From contig NW_024704752.1 in assembly GCF_018977255.1 (NCBI RefSeq), positions 8,432,001 to 8,496,000 of the forward strand: a stretch of DNA of 64,000 bases, given 5' to 3'. The DNA comes from Callorhinchus milii (Eukaryota). Both the position numbers and the translations under genes were made by a program. Positions 1 through 13,600 of this stretch are shown here, one piece after another (position 1 is the first letter of the stretch; each line of letters opens with the position of its first letter). Below the pieces are notes generated by a model that had not been told where the DNA came from, searched no databases, and worked only from the letters and a program-made list of their open reading frames with translations.

Positions 1-3000
1 CTCTTCCACTATATAGTTTAAAACACAAATCAGAAACTTATATATGCAAATCAGGTACTTCCACTTACATTGTATGCACTATTGGTTTCAAGTATTAATG
101 AAGCTATCTGTCCTTTTTTCCACTTCATCAATGTCTTAATTACTCCTCTGAATATTTCCACCTCCCCTCTCTGCTCCAAAGTACTACAGGTACTCTATCC
201 TCATCCAGTTCAGTTGAATCCAAACTTCATTCCATCATCTCCAATTTAATTAATTCTTTCCCATTCCTCCCCCTACCATCTACAGCCACCCAAACTCCAA
301 GAATGGCCTCACCTAAACACGAATTCTCTTCCCCACATGATTCAACTTTACTCGATGCATCTTACTTTACCTAGAACTCTCTTTTGCAATTAAAAAAACA
401 TATCGTTTCCTATTGAACCCAGCAGAATTCCTCCACGTTGTTAGCCACCTACAATCTTCTCTTCCACAGATTAACAGAAGGGTGTCCTGTGGTCCTGTGC
501 AGCCAAACATACCAGAAAAGGGCAAAACGAAAACAGAGAGAAGGGACTTACGACTTATCATTGATCCATCAGTTGCTGACAGTGGGCTGCAGACATCTCA
601 AAACAAAGGTAACGCTGACTGCTGTTTCATCCCATCAGTGGGTTTGGAATTAAACCCAGCGGTACCTTTGATTTGGGGATGCCTGGGGTATACTGTCAGT
701 GACTGATGACTAAAGCAAAGGGCGAGAATATCCCCATCAGACACAGACTGCGGTAGAGTGGGCTCAATGGGGAACGAATGTTGGGTTCAAGGGGGAAAGA
801 ATAATCCAACCTGTCAATGCCCTTAAATTCAACAGGACATCCATCCTGCGACCCACAAGACATCTAAGGCTACAAAAAAAAATTAAGACATGCAGACACT
901 AAATATCACATCCCATTCTGTAACACAAACATGACTTCAGTTCCCAAAAGCAAAGTCCGGATAAAACCTCGTGAAAGTAAAACTATATTTTGCATCGGCG
1001 ACTTTCATTGAAACCGCAAAACTATAAACCTGAATGTCATCAAAATAGATCTCAAATTGCACTTACATGTCAGGTTGAAGGTCCATCCACACAGCCTGTC
1101 TGGTCGCAAATAAGTAAAGGCAGAAAAGTACAAACTCCAAATTCATGTCTCGGTCTCTTAAAACAATTCTACAGCGAGAAAGAAATGTGGGACTTATTTC
1201 GCTGTGCAAACTGTTCGCGATGAATCTGCTTGTGCTGTGTTGTACTCTGCCGCCCCTTCTTGCTGAGTGTTTAAGCTGAGATCAATTAGTGTAGTCCTTA
1301 GCTTGAGATCCAATTGAGTTGGATTCCTGGGCACTTGTTTGCAAAGTTCTCAAAGCAAGGAATCATCTCTTTCCAGAGTTTGTCCTCGGCGTTGATTTGT
1401 CTTTGCAGCCTCTGTCTTGGATTTCTTTCCCTGACTTCCCTTTGCTGTGCTTCTCTGTTTCTTTGCAATGTCAGTTTCTGTTCGGTTGCAGCGCTACATT
1501 GGAAGAGCACTGATCGATCAATCTGCTCTTTGAATCCTCAACCACCAAACTGCACTTCCGCAACGAACCCCTTCCCCTCCCTCCCCAACATGTGACTCTC
1601 CGGAGTCATGGTAACTACATACATACATACATACATGCATACATACTTGTAGGACTGCAGACCCGCACTCCAATTCGAACTTAACTTTCACCTACAGTCG
1701 GGATCAATAGTCACTGGAGAGTCAATCCCGTTTATCTAACGCTGTACTCATTTCATTTGCACTCAGAGGTACATTTGCTCGGCAGGTCCTGTCTTTTGTT
1801 AAGACCTGGGGTCTGATTCACTGATAACCTGTTTGCCCTTTCACAACTACTTTTTTTTTCCTGATTAATGTATTAATCAGAGTCGGCAGAAATCGCAGCA
1901 CAGAGTAACTCAGATAGTCAGAATGTGGGGAGAGAGGATGCAGATCTGTCTGCTTCATGGATGTGTGTGTAGGGGAGTCAGATTTTGTCCACTGAGGAGA
2001 TCCCCCCCAAGCTCATGGTCACTAAAAGGTTGGGGCAACACATCAGAACCTTCACAGGAGTTATAGCGATTAAAGTAATTTGTACAGGGTGTTCACAAAG
2101 TCTTGTTACTCCCCTGTTCTTGTCTTTAAATGATTTTTTATTTTCTATTACAAATGAGTCGAGAGTAACAATGTCTGACACCAATAACTTTCTCGTCACC
2201 CTATTCATGTTACGGAAGATGTCGCACCGAACATAACGACGGATCATTATCTGCCATGAAGATGATGGCGCTCACATATGGATGTTTAAATACAGTTAAA
2301 CACTTGTACAGTGAGTCTTATTAATTCTTCCACATGTTCCAGTTATTGGTCAATGCACTGTAGGAAAATAACATGGTGGGGGGGTAACAGGACTTTGAGA
2401 ACCATGTAAAACCATAGGGAAAGTGTGGGGTTGGAATCCGCACTTTCCACTCAAGCACCATAATTTTTATCACAAATTGCATCATGCTGTCATCTCAAGG
2501 AGTGTTTGACTGAATCAAAACCTTTACTAATTACAACAACAACTTGCATTTATATAGCACACTTCACGCTGGGTGGGGTCCCAGAGAGCTTGACAATGAC
2601 ACATAAAATGTTTTCATTCGACATGTAATTTTTCATACAATGTTCTGATACATTTAGTCTTAGTAACAGTTGGTTATATGATGAATAGTTATGGGATGGG
2701 TCTATAGCTGGGAGCTTCTCTTAAGAACATAGGAATGCAGTCAATCTGGCTGGTCCCAAAGTCTGACTTTACAGTATTTCTTATACCTTTCAATCACATA
2801 TAACACCAAACATATTTCCACCTTTCACAACTACTTTTTTGCAAAATTTAAATTTTCAGAAGTTGTTCATTTTCGCTATTTTCTTCCTTCTTGATTCAAC
2901 TAAATGCCTGTTGTATTACCTTTTTGATTGAATGCAGAATCTGCCTCAACAATGGTTTGTGGCAGAGAATTCCACATTTTAGCCCATCTTCTGTGTTGGG

Positions 3001-6000
3001 ACATTTTTTTCTAACTTCCCCATTGAACATTTTAAGTTGTTACCCTCTTGTTACTGACTCACTGGCCAGTGAAAATAACTTATCATTATTACTATTTACC
3101 TTATCATAACCTTTTATAACCCTGAAGATCTCTATCAGGTCAACCTGTAACCTTACAAACACCCATTTGATCAAACTTACAAACCTCACTGTCAGCTGGT
3201 TGCAAGCCCCATACATACGGTCTGATCCATGACCACTGTCCCAAGACCAGATCTGTTGAACTCATTTACAAAAAGGTACAGCAGCCCTTTTCTCAATGAG
3301 TCAGGAAGCTCAGGAAAAGCAGCATTGCCCCAAGTTTTTCCAAGAAGAATATATCATCTCCTGTGGGAGTTCAGAGCAGAGAATGGATGAGCTGCTCCCA
3401 AGACACAGCCCGCACTCGTAATGTATATTCTTCCAAAGTAATGTGATATTGGTTTTGAAAACATACACATGAAAACATCACATTCCTAGTACAATCTATT
3501 TTCCAGATATTTCACATGAAGCCGAGCAAGCATTGAGATCAACAAGCACACATCTTATTGAGCACAGTTCTGACTTGGTTTTTAGAGCCAGCCTAGCGGA
3601 TTTTGGGGTTCCCTTATGAAGTTGGTCATAGCTTCCCCGCTCCCCAGTCTGCCTCTTCCTACAGCACCAATCCTACTAAACAGGGCACACAATGAGATGA
3701 AATGTGTGATATTTTATTACTAATTATAGTTCTGTGTAGTATTCTGTGCAGAAGTCAGTACCTTCAACCTGTTCTGCTATGACATCTTCTAAAGTATCCT
3801 TAATTGTGGCTGAGCCTTTAGTCATCAGGTTGCAAGATCACAAGATTGGTTTGGATAAAAAAGGCCCTTTGTCCCATTTGATATGATTTTCCCAAAATAC
3901 CCACCCACCATCTTCCCATCATAGCATCAAGCTGTGTTTTTTTTAATGAATCCAGTTTCCTGGCCTCAAACACCCTGCCTGTTATTCTGGTCCAGTCATT
4001 ATGTATCCTCTGTGTAAGAAAACTTCCTGATGTCTGTCCTGAAATTGCCCCTTGCAACCTTTGTCCTCTTTTTCTACTATCTTGGTGCTTTCTAAAGTAA
4101 AATGCTGCCCTCTGTAAAATCATCGTTGCCTCGCTTCCGCTTGACCTGCCTTCAAAATCTATCCTAAAAACATTTCTTTAAGCATACTTGTTATCAATTT
4201 TCCTTTTCCGTGCTCAGTGCTCTTCATCATAAATGTTAAGCACTTTGAGATGTTAGTTCTACTTTGGAAATGTTACATAAATGCCAGTTGTCGTCAGACA
4301 CATCAAAATGTTAAGAACAAAGTATTTTTCTTTGCGATGCTTGTCAAGATTTAAAGCGGAACAAAATGCGAGGTCAAGTAAAGGGTTTAATAAACTTCCA
4401 ATGGAAAGGGTGGGCAGGTTTGGTGCTGGAATAGGGGCAGAGAACAGAGAGCTACAGGTCAAATGTTAGGCTCTGGTGCACAAGAAGGAAGAGAATAAAT
4501 GAGAGGGTGAGTAAATTTGGCCTGACCTCACGCAGTGAGTGGCTAATTCAAGCAAAGCATTGACTTGGGAGAAGGAACACTTGCCTGCAATCTGCTCTTC
4601 CACTCATAAAATGGTGCACTGAACCAAAGGTGGGGGGGGGGCTGAAATTGAGAGAGAGAAAAGAACAAGTACTTGCATTTATACAACCCCTTTCACACAG
4701 GAAAACATCTCAAAGAGCTTCACAGAGACACAGTAGTAAACATGGGAACTTGAAGTGACAGATAACTATGGTCGAGGATTAATGACCAGCAGGTTTGGCA
4801 CTTAAACCTCGGGGATGGGCTTGATGAAAGCGCATCATGACAGCTGCATAAGGGGTTAAAGGTGGATGACCCAGCAGGTTCTGTGCTGGAGTGAGGGACA
4901 GGGATTTATTCTTTATCATTGAGAAACCCAAGAGCCAAGGCTCAAAGTCCAGGATATTTTCAAACTTGAAAAGAGTCGGGATAGGGTGAGACAAACGAGG
5001 TTTGACCAAGCTTGGCGTTTAAAACCCTATAGGAAGAAGGCTTAAAAGAGTGAAGGAGATAGTTGGAACATATCAGTCAAACTAAGAGACAATGCTAGAC
5101 TTTCAACACAGTGAGGATGTAGGGAGGAAGAAGGGTTGGGTGATATATTTTGAATTTAGGAGGAACTAAAAGCTAAAAATTCACATGAGCAATGCCCCGT
5201 AGTAGTAGTAATAATAATAATCCTTGCATTTGATAGTGATATCAACTATCAGATGAAAAGCTTTTATCATATATTGTGCAACCTGTTAAATTACAGTCAA
5301 GATTGATAAAAGCTACCACACAGTTTTATACTCAAAAGTTGTGCTAAATGTTATGGAGACATCGATTGCAACTATGAACAGTCTTTGCTGCATTGAACTG
5401 ATCGCAGTGATCACAGTCCATCTCTGTGCCAGCCCCATGAGAATCTCACACAACCACCAGTAATTGATTCATTTGGTGTTAGTGTTCTCCTTGGATTTCC
5501 TTCTCTTTATATGGAGACTCCCTGAATCACCACTTGTTGTGTTCCCATGTTGGTGCAGATAAGTACAGGGAAATTTCACATTGATCATGTGTTCTGTCTC
5601 TCGATATCACAGAGCAACCACCTACTTACCTTGCCTCGCCACAATAGTTATCAACCCCCAGCTGACTTTAAATCTGTGCTTCAACGTCCAAAACGCTGCA
5701 GATTTAGTGCTTTTAGTAAGAATCTAATAATTTCAAGGCACTTGGTACAGACATGTAGCATGTAACACTAACCTACGGTGGGTCCAATAGAGCTGTACCA
5801 CTGCCACCGGGTGGAAATTAAGGGAAACAACAGCCAAAGCACAACTAGTGAAAGTAGGACAGCCAATTATCACAGCCACTAGCACCTCCTAAACTCGTCA
5901 GTAAATCATTATCTAACATGTCAGGGTCTCCAGTAAGGAAGGGGAGACGAATTGGAGGGAAAGAGGAGATGGAAAGAATTAAAGGGAACGTGTCTCGTCT

Positions 6001-8619
6001 AACAAACTGCTATATGCAGTATGTCGGCCGCTTAGTGTAACTGAGAACATTGCCACAGAGATCATGTCAGACTCTCAGCTTCTGCAAATTGCATCATATC
6101 GGCATTTTGCTTCACTGCAAGCGACATCTGTTTAAATCCTGAATTTCAGGATTGTACAAGTGCAAATTGCATTGTGTAAGGGTCTTTAAATCTATCACAA
6201 AAACATAAAAACAAGTCAAAACCCAAAACACTGCAGATGCTGGAAATCTGAAACAGAAACAAGTCAGTCAGCCCATGGTGCCTGTGCCAACTCTTTGAAA
6301 GAACAATGCGTATAGTCCCAAACTCTTGGCTTTTCCCCATACTCTTTCACATTTTCCTTTTTCAAATATTTGTCCAAAACGATTATGAATTCTGCTTCAA
6401 CAACTATCGGTGGTAGCGAATTCCATGTCATAATAACCCTTTGTTTGAAACAGTTACCTTAAAGTCTCCCTTTGATTTTTTTGGTAATGATCCTGACTCA
6501 TATCATATGTCAGTGTGGAACACTGTTCGAAAGATCAAATTTGACATTGGCAGAGATGCTCTGTTTCTTTGGATGCAAGAAACTTTTCCTGCTTCAAAAC
6601 AGAAGTAAATGTTTGCATTATTTTTCAATGACAGAATGGGTTTAAACAGAAAAAATCTGGACTGAAATGCAGAGGCAGAAAACATGGATGTCAAGGTATC
6701 TTCCTCCCAGCATCATGCCAAATGTTAGGTTCAATTTTATGGTTGAGATGGGATGTTCGATACAACACTGTGGTTAAAATCGGATTACACTGAACCGCCT
6801 TCACACCACAAGAAACGACACCCTGACATCTTTACTACGTGAGTAACACTGAGTGGAAAAGCAGCAGTAAGCAGCACAGTGATGGAAAACCAGTCCCCTG
6901 TGGAGCTCGATGTTACTGTTTGTCGGAGATGGTAACAAAGCCTCTTTGTATAACATCTAAAATCATGCAACTAAATACGATGAATCCAATTAATATTCAA
7001 CTCGATTCAGAACAGTTCTGAACTGCAACCTCTTAGTATCTCTGCTGGTCAGTAAAAAATATGCCAGTGTAGGGTGGGGAGAGACTATTCCTATAGGGAC
7101 AGTGATCTCAATGCTATCCATCTTTCAGATGAGACATTAAACTGAAGTCCTGTCTAGGTAGACGCTAAAGATCAATGGCACTAGTCAAAAAGAGAAGGGA
7201 GCTCCTCCTGATGTCCTAGCTAACAATCCCCCAAATAAAATTTGTCAATAATTTCATAGCTGTTTATGGACATTGCTGTGTGCAAATTGGCTGCCGCAAT
7301 TGCCAACACATACACAGTTAATATTCTTAACAGTAAATTTTTTGAAACGCTTTGAGATGTCTCAATGACATGATAAGGCACTATTATCCAATCCAAAAAT
7401 AATATTAATATTTAATGTCTGATGTCCCACATTCCTAAGTGGGGGAGCTGTATCAACCTTGCCAGGGAGACATAGGGAGGTTGAGATCCAGGGAAGCAAC
7501 TTAATGAGTGCGCTAAGTGTTGATTTCAATCCAGTCAGGAAACAGAAAGTAGGAAAACATGGAGAATGGCATGTTGGAGCTTGAAGAAAAGTGGGGAAAG
7601 GTTCAGATGCATAATGATCGTAACGGTATGAACAGACCACAGAAAAATAGGAACGGTGGTCGTGGAGTGGGTAGAGGTTGGAAGCCAGAAGTCAAAGAAG
7701 GATCATTTATCAACAAGCGTTTAAGTTCTGTCCTGTCCAGACATCTGTGAGAGGAGTTAGTAAAGTCTCTCTAGATAAAGGAACAAATTACTATAATGCT
7801 CTTTTAAAAGGCAGTTCACGTAGAACAGATTGTTCTATTTACACACTAGTATCAATGTCCCCTGTGTATTGGTGCCTATGTGTCAGCTGGAGCTATGGAG
7901 CATCAGCTATGTTTTGCTGAATCTCCTCTTGTTTTTCAGTCTATATATAGCAGGAAGCTGCTCACTTATGCTCCAAGTGCCTGACTATGGAGCAATGGTG
8001 AATAATCCCACCACAGTACATCCCCATCCGAGCCAGAGGGCTGGTCGCTTGTCCACAGAGAGCGAGGGTGAATTGGTGGGTGCTTTGGTGGCATCTCCAA
8101 ACCTAACAGCTCAAATAGCGACACTGGCACAGGGCTGGCACCAAGTTGCTCAATGTCCCTCAACCAGGCGGCGACCTGAGGTGTCAGGAGGTGGGAACAA
8201 AGTCAACTGAGGGAGAAACAAAAGGCAATCAAATAGTTAGGGAGAAATACAATTAAAACAGAAAATGTGCTGATCTTAGTCGATCTGTCCAGTTCAATGT
8301 CCCCATGAATTGTACCCACATGATTGGAAGAAAATACACAGCCTCAAGCCACGCTTTGACTTCCCAGGTTGTGGATTATTAAAATAGAATAACAACACTT
8401 TACTCCAAGGCCAAGGGGAGACTGAGCTGAGGAGCCACCGCTTCAATGTCACTCCTCCCCGCAGCACTGAGAGACAAGGACATCAATGCTGAACTGAAGC
8501 CGAACAGTTTTCTTGATATGAAAGAGAAATAAACTTGAGGTTGGGGCGAGAGCTGAAGCTTTGGGAGTCAGTGACAGGAGAGCTTACACTGGGGGCGCCT
8601 GCACAGTGCTGACTGACTG

Positions 8620-9188
8620 NNNNNNNNNNNNNNNNNNNNNNNNNNNNNNNNNNNNNNNNNNNNNNNNNNNNNNNNNNNNNNNNNNNNNNNNNNNNNNNNN
8701 NNNNNNNNNNNNNNNNNNNNNNNNNNNNNNNNNNNNNNNNNNNNNNNNNNNNNNNNNNNNNNNNNNNNNNNNNNNNNNNNNNNNNNNNNNNNNNNNNNNN
8801 NNNNNNNNNNNNNNNNNNNNNNNNNNNNNNNNNNNNNNNNNNNNNNNNNNNNNNNNNNNNNNNNNNNNNNNNNNNNNNNNNNNNNNNNNNNNNNNNNNNN
8901 NNNNNNNNNNNNNNNNNNNNNNNNNNNNNNNNNNNNNNNNNNNNNNNNNNNNNNNNNNNNNNNNNNNNNNNNNNNNNNNNNNNNNNNNNNNNNNNNNNNN
9001 NNNNNNNNNNNNNNNNNNNNNNNNNNNNNNNNNNNNNNNNNNNNNNNNNNNNNNNNNNNNNNNNNNNNNNNNNNNNNNNNNNNNNNNNNNNNNNNNNNNN
9101 NNNNNNNNNNNNNNNNNNNNNNNNNNNNNNNNNNNNNNNNNNNNNNNNNNNNNNNNNNNNNNNNNNNNNNNNNNNNNNNNNNNNNNNN
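8620..9188. other. Assembly gap
   Basis: N run just upstream of the ApoD-A TATA box. Confidence 1.
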
Positions 9189-9254
9189 ATCCCTCGGGGC
9201 TGAGGTCCAACCTGTGGCTGTTTGATCGCTCTGATGGCGTGTGCGCGGCTCCGG

Positions 9255-9365
9255 TATATAAGGAGGCGCTGCGGGGACTGTGCACTGGAGACCGACACAC
9301 ACACAGCGAGTGCGACTGTGACTCACACCGACCCGCACCTCTCCAGCCTCGGCCCGGCCCCCGGG
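9255..9365 (+). promoter_or_regulatory. TATA box and non-coding exon 1 of ApoD-like copy A
   Basis: TATATAA at 9255-9261 in a CpG-rich patch; strong donor GG|GTAAGT at 9365/9366; acceptor TTTCAG before 10626 leaves 19 nt of 5'UTR ahead of the ATG. The TSS itself is inferred. Confidence 0.75.
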
Positions 9366-10644
9366 GTAAGTGATCCACCGTCAGGGGCGGGTGTGGGCGG
9401 TGTGTGCCCTTTGCTGGTGGGTCCCGGAGCTGAAGGCTGATCAGTTGCTGCCGTCTCTGCTGATCAGTCACCGGATGGTCGAATGAATGATGAATGAATG
9501 AATGAATGAATGAATGACTGCGCGGATCTGTGTGTAACTGTGACCCGGTGTCCGGCCCCGGGACTCGCCTCCTTCTGGGGATCAGTGGCCGCTGCTGTTT
9601 GCTCTGATCACAATGTGGGCGACTGGCACAGGTCACAAGTCGCCCGGACAGGTTTGCAAGCCCCGGGCAGTGGGAGCTGCATCGACCTGATTCACTGACA
9701 TCGATTGCAAACCACTTGAAACGAAGGCTGAAGGTTTGATTTCACGCTCTCAGTCCGATTGGAAAAGCTTTTTGAATGAGTTTAATGATCTGCGATTAAT
9801 TCACACGGAGAGAACTCGCAACTCGGTTTAAGCCGAATAGACAGATGTGTTTTTATTGTACAGCGTTGGGACAAACAAACAAACCCTCGACATTCAGAAT
9901 GAACAGAAATACATCATTTCTGTTCTGATGTCAGTGAGACTTTGCTCGTGTCGGACTGTGGCTTTGCTCGGGTTGTGGTGTAAAGGACTTCATTGAGAAA
10001 CGACTGTTCCTCCAGTTCTGCGGGAAAGCAGTTCGGGAGCGACTGAAGAGTGTTCCACATTTTCTGGCGTTCTTCAATTTTAAGACTATGATTTTAAGCA
10101 TAAGATCAGGTGGAATGTTGAGACGGGGATGGAAACCTTAGCTGTTTTTTTCCCCTCCTCTACCCCAGGGACACTCAGGTTAACTTAATGCCCACAACCA
10201 CAACACTACAGAATAGGTCATCAAACTTAGTAGGTTGTTTAGCAATAGCAGTTTGGTTTGTCTACAGAAACACAGTGGCTGCATTTCACAGTAAAATACA
10301 GTGAAATAAAACACAGTAATAATAATATTAATTGTATTTCCTTGTATTTGATATAGTACCTTATCACATCTTTGAGACGTCTCAAAGCGCCTCACAGAAT
10401 ATACTGTAAAGTGAATTGACTGTATATTTTGTGGGTGGAACGCGGTAACCAATTGAGCACAGCAGTGTCCAAGAAACAGTCATGGATTGAGTGAACAAAT
10501 TATTATTATTTTTGGAGGGATTATAAACCACCTCGAGGTCCTCACTGTCTCTCTTCCCGTTTCCCATTCAGTCATTGTCAGAGCGATGCAGTTAAGGGGA
10601 TCTCTGTGATTATTTTGTGTTTCAGGTGCTCACTAGACATTAAC

Positions 10645-13600
10645 ATGCAGGAGATGCTGTTGACCCTGTTGGTCGCCACCCTCTGTTTCACCAAAACAAG
10701 AGTGCGAGCCAGCTGTGCCAATCCACGGGTGCAAAAAGAGTTCAACATAGAGGAGGTTAGTGACATTAATGTGTTCAGTTTGTACAATTGAGCGGTTCCT
10801 TCTGCAAGGCCTCTGCTGAGGCCAATGACTGGTACAGTGGTTTATACACTTTGTACCCATGGGTGATCATCTTTAGTGAGTGGAAATTGAACGCTAAACA
10901 TCATTTTAAAAGAATAATTTTTGTGACTGAGTAGACATGACGGGACAATGGAATCATTGTCTGTCTCTGTGTTACAGGTAAGTGTTCTTTATTCTGGCTC
11001 CGTGCTGAAAGCCTTCTTTTATTTGTTAAAACCAAGCTCTGTAAACCTATCACCTCCAACCTTGCCCGGTTCCGCTGACTCCCCATCCCCCAGAGGATAG
11101 AGTTCAAAATCCTCGTCCCTTGCTCCTCCTTATCCCTGTGCCCTGCTAACTGCATCCTGACCTGTCAGCTCACTCCGCTTCAAGCCCCCTCTCAAGATGT
11201 TACTCTTCGATCGCACCTTCGGTCACACTCGTAACCCCACCCTCCCTGGTCTCCACCCCTCCTGATCCCAACCCCAAGCTTGGGTGCAAATGTTTAACTG
11301 TCTTGGGTTGTTCTCTCGACAAATTTGTTGTTGTAAACGTGATTATGTTTACCAAAGGAAAATTGGCTCATGTATTTTCAAAAAAATAACTTTCATTTTA
11401 AACGCCATTCATGTAAATGAACTTCCTCTTACATTTTAGACTTTTTTACCCAAGTTTGGTATTACTCCTCAGCCATTGTCATGTCTTGGATGTCATGGGC
11501 CTTGATCCTTGACAGAGCTGGCTCAATTTTAAAAGAAATCTAAGTTAGCGTTGTTTTCTGAATGATCCAAGCACTCAGCCATTGTTCCTTCAATTTGTTT
11601 TATGGTTTTACTCCACAGTACGTGGGCACATGGTATGAAATTGAAAGACTTTCTCCAAATGGCAAAGCACCAAAATGCAGTTCAGAAACATACATGGACG
11701 ACTCAAATGGAATGCTTCGGATTCTCATCCAGGAGATTACGTGAGTATTTAGAGGGAGTCCTTTGTTCATAGGAATCATAGTTAAAGGAGATTTAGTGTG
11801 CAAGGACTTTTCAAAGCTATTTGAAGTTTCTTTTTATTAAAAAAGGCATTAAAACTTGAACGACTGTTGCAACAAATTTAAATTGTTGACAAAGAATTTA
11901 AATTGTTAGCTGATTAACAAAAGTAAAGAGTAAATAATGCCATTGTTACCATTGTACTTGACATGTGTAAATACCCCCAAAATGACCATAAACATTTAAA
12001 GAATGGAAACTGTGATAGCCTCACAACAATCAGTGTCACAACCAATCTCAAACTGTACTGTTAATCTCCAGGAGTTCTTCAAAAGTGCAGCTTCATTTTT
12101 TTTGTGAACATCTAAGGGATGAATTTGCCATTGGAAAGGTGGGTAAGGGCTGTTACTGTGGACCTCTCTCAAAAAGAGCCGCAATGTACATCTTAGCTTC
12201 CTCCGTGCTGGCTAGAGCGCTTGCCTGCTGATCCTCTGCCTCTTCAACAGACGTCTGAGTATCATTGCTAAAAGTGCCACTCTGTCCTGGTTGATGGAGA
12301 AAATGGCTTTTTGAATACTGGGCAATGCCACAGGAATAGTTGAACAGAAGGAGACCTGAAGGAGAAGCTGGGGTTCTACTGGACCAGCAAAAGTGAAGTA
12401 GATTCCTTGACAGCATCCACATGTTGATTGTACAAAACATGTTGGGGTACATTCAAAATGGCTCCACAGTCACAGTACAAAGAAGGGTAGGGTGAGGTGG
12501 CTGGGATCACTGTGTAACCATTACTAACTAAATGACTCTGCACTTTGTGAAGGAAATTTTCAGGCTACTCATGAGATCCAAAGATCCTGTTTTAGTGACT
12601 CCAGCAAAAAGACCACCAAAATCCAGAAATATAATTTCACAATTTTGATGAACATACATTGTGATAAGCTGTTTTTTGTCAAGCCGCAAAGCATTTGTTC
12701 ATCTCATCCGGAAGGAGATAAGATGATGTTTTCTCAATGCGGGGACTCTACAGTGGCTCCTTTCAGAAGTTGGGAGTATATAAAAAAATGACTGCGTTCT
12801 CTCCCTCGTCCACACCTCTGCCATAGAACATCCAGCAAGTATGATCTGGTGTATTCTTTGTGTATTTCATAAATTTGATTATTTTTGAAAAGAGAAAACC
12901 TGTTATCGATGTAGCATTGAGTGTAAGATGTGACTCTTTCATGATAAAGCATTCTCAAGGTCAGCAAAATGAAGACAACCTCTCATTGCTAACTGCAGAA
13001 AAAGATCTCAGAGGGAAAAGCTGTAGCACAGAAATCTAACATTTGCCTAAGAGACAGATTTATTACTGACACAGCAAAAAAAAACACTGTGTTCAACTAC
13101 TAAGCATACAAAGTCCTTTGAGGAAGACCCTTAGGAACAGAAAGTAAGCTCAGAAACTGAGAAGCTTGGAAAGAGTTGGAGAAGTTGAGGTGGATTTCCT
13201 ACAGCTAGATCTTGTAAGTGCACTCTCTCCAAGCCCATACATAATTGTAGAACATAAAACAAAATGTATCTATTTTGAACTATTAATTTCACTAATATAG
13301 TTAAACCTGTTCAAGTAACCACCTCCATTCAGCAACCACCTTTTGTTAACCATCACCTTGGAACAGCTCGGACAAAAATTCTAAACAGAATAACAACAAT
13401 AAAATTACCAACAAACCCTTACTCAGAGGTCACCCTCATATAAAGGCCATTTTGGCCCAGTCGTCTGAAGGCAGGTTCGACTGCAGTCCAAAATATATGC
13501 TATTCAGTATTTGATTAGTCACAACCATTCAATAAACATTAATTTTCTCTGTACTTAGTGTCAATGTGAAAGTTCCATGATGCAGTCTTGATATTCTGCT

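Larger units (their letters stand above)
7860..10287 (+). repeat. Left arm of near-identical inverted duplication (partner 27118-29482)
   Basis: Reverse-complement match by eye on both sides of the N gap; the ORF track gives the same peptides on opposite strands (9510..9698+ = 27708..27896-; 7830..8210+ ~ 29132..29512-). Confidence 0.95.

Noticed and set aside
7830-8210. 126-aa ORF duplicated at 29132-29512
   Set aside because: The duplication follows from the inverted arm; no recognisable domain, and copy A begins with TTG.
8483-9636. Long ORFs of 250-350 aa (also 27955-28859 and 51616-52711)
   Set aside because: They are open only because they run through N gaps; the flanking translations have no recognisable protein features.
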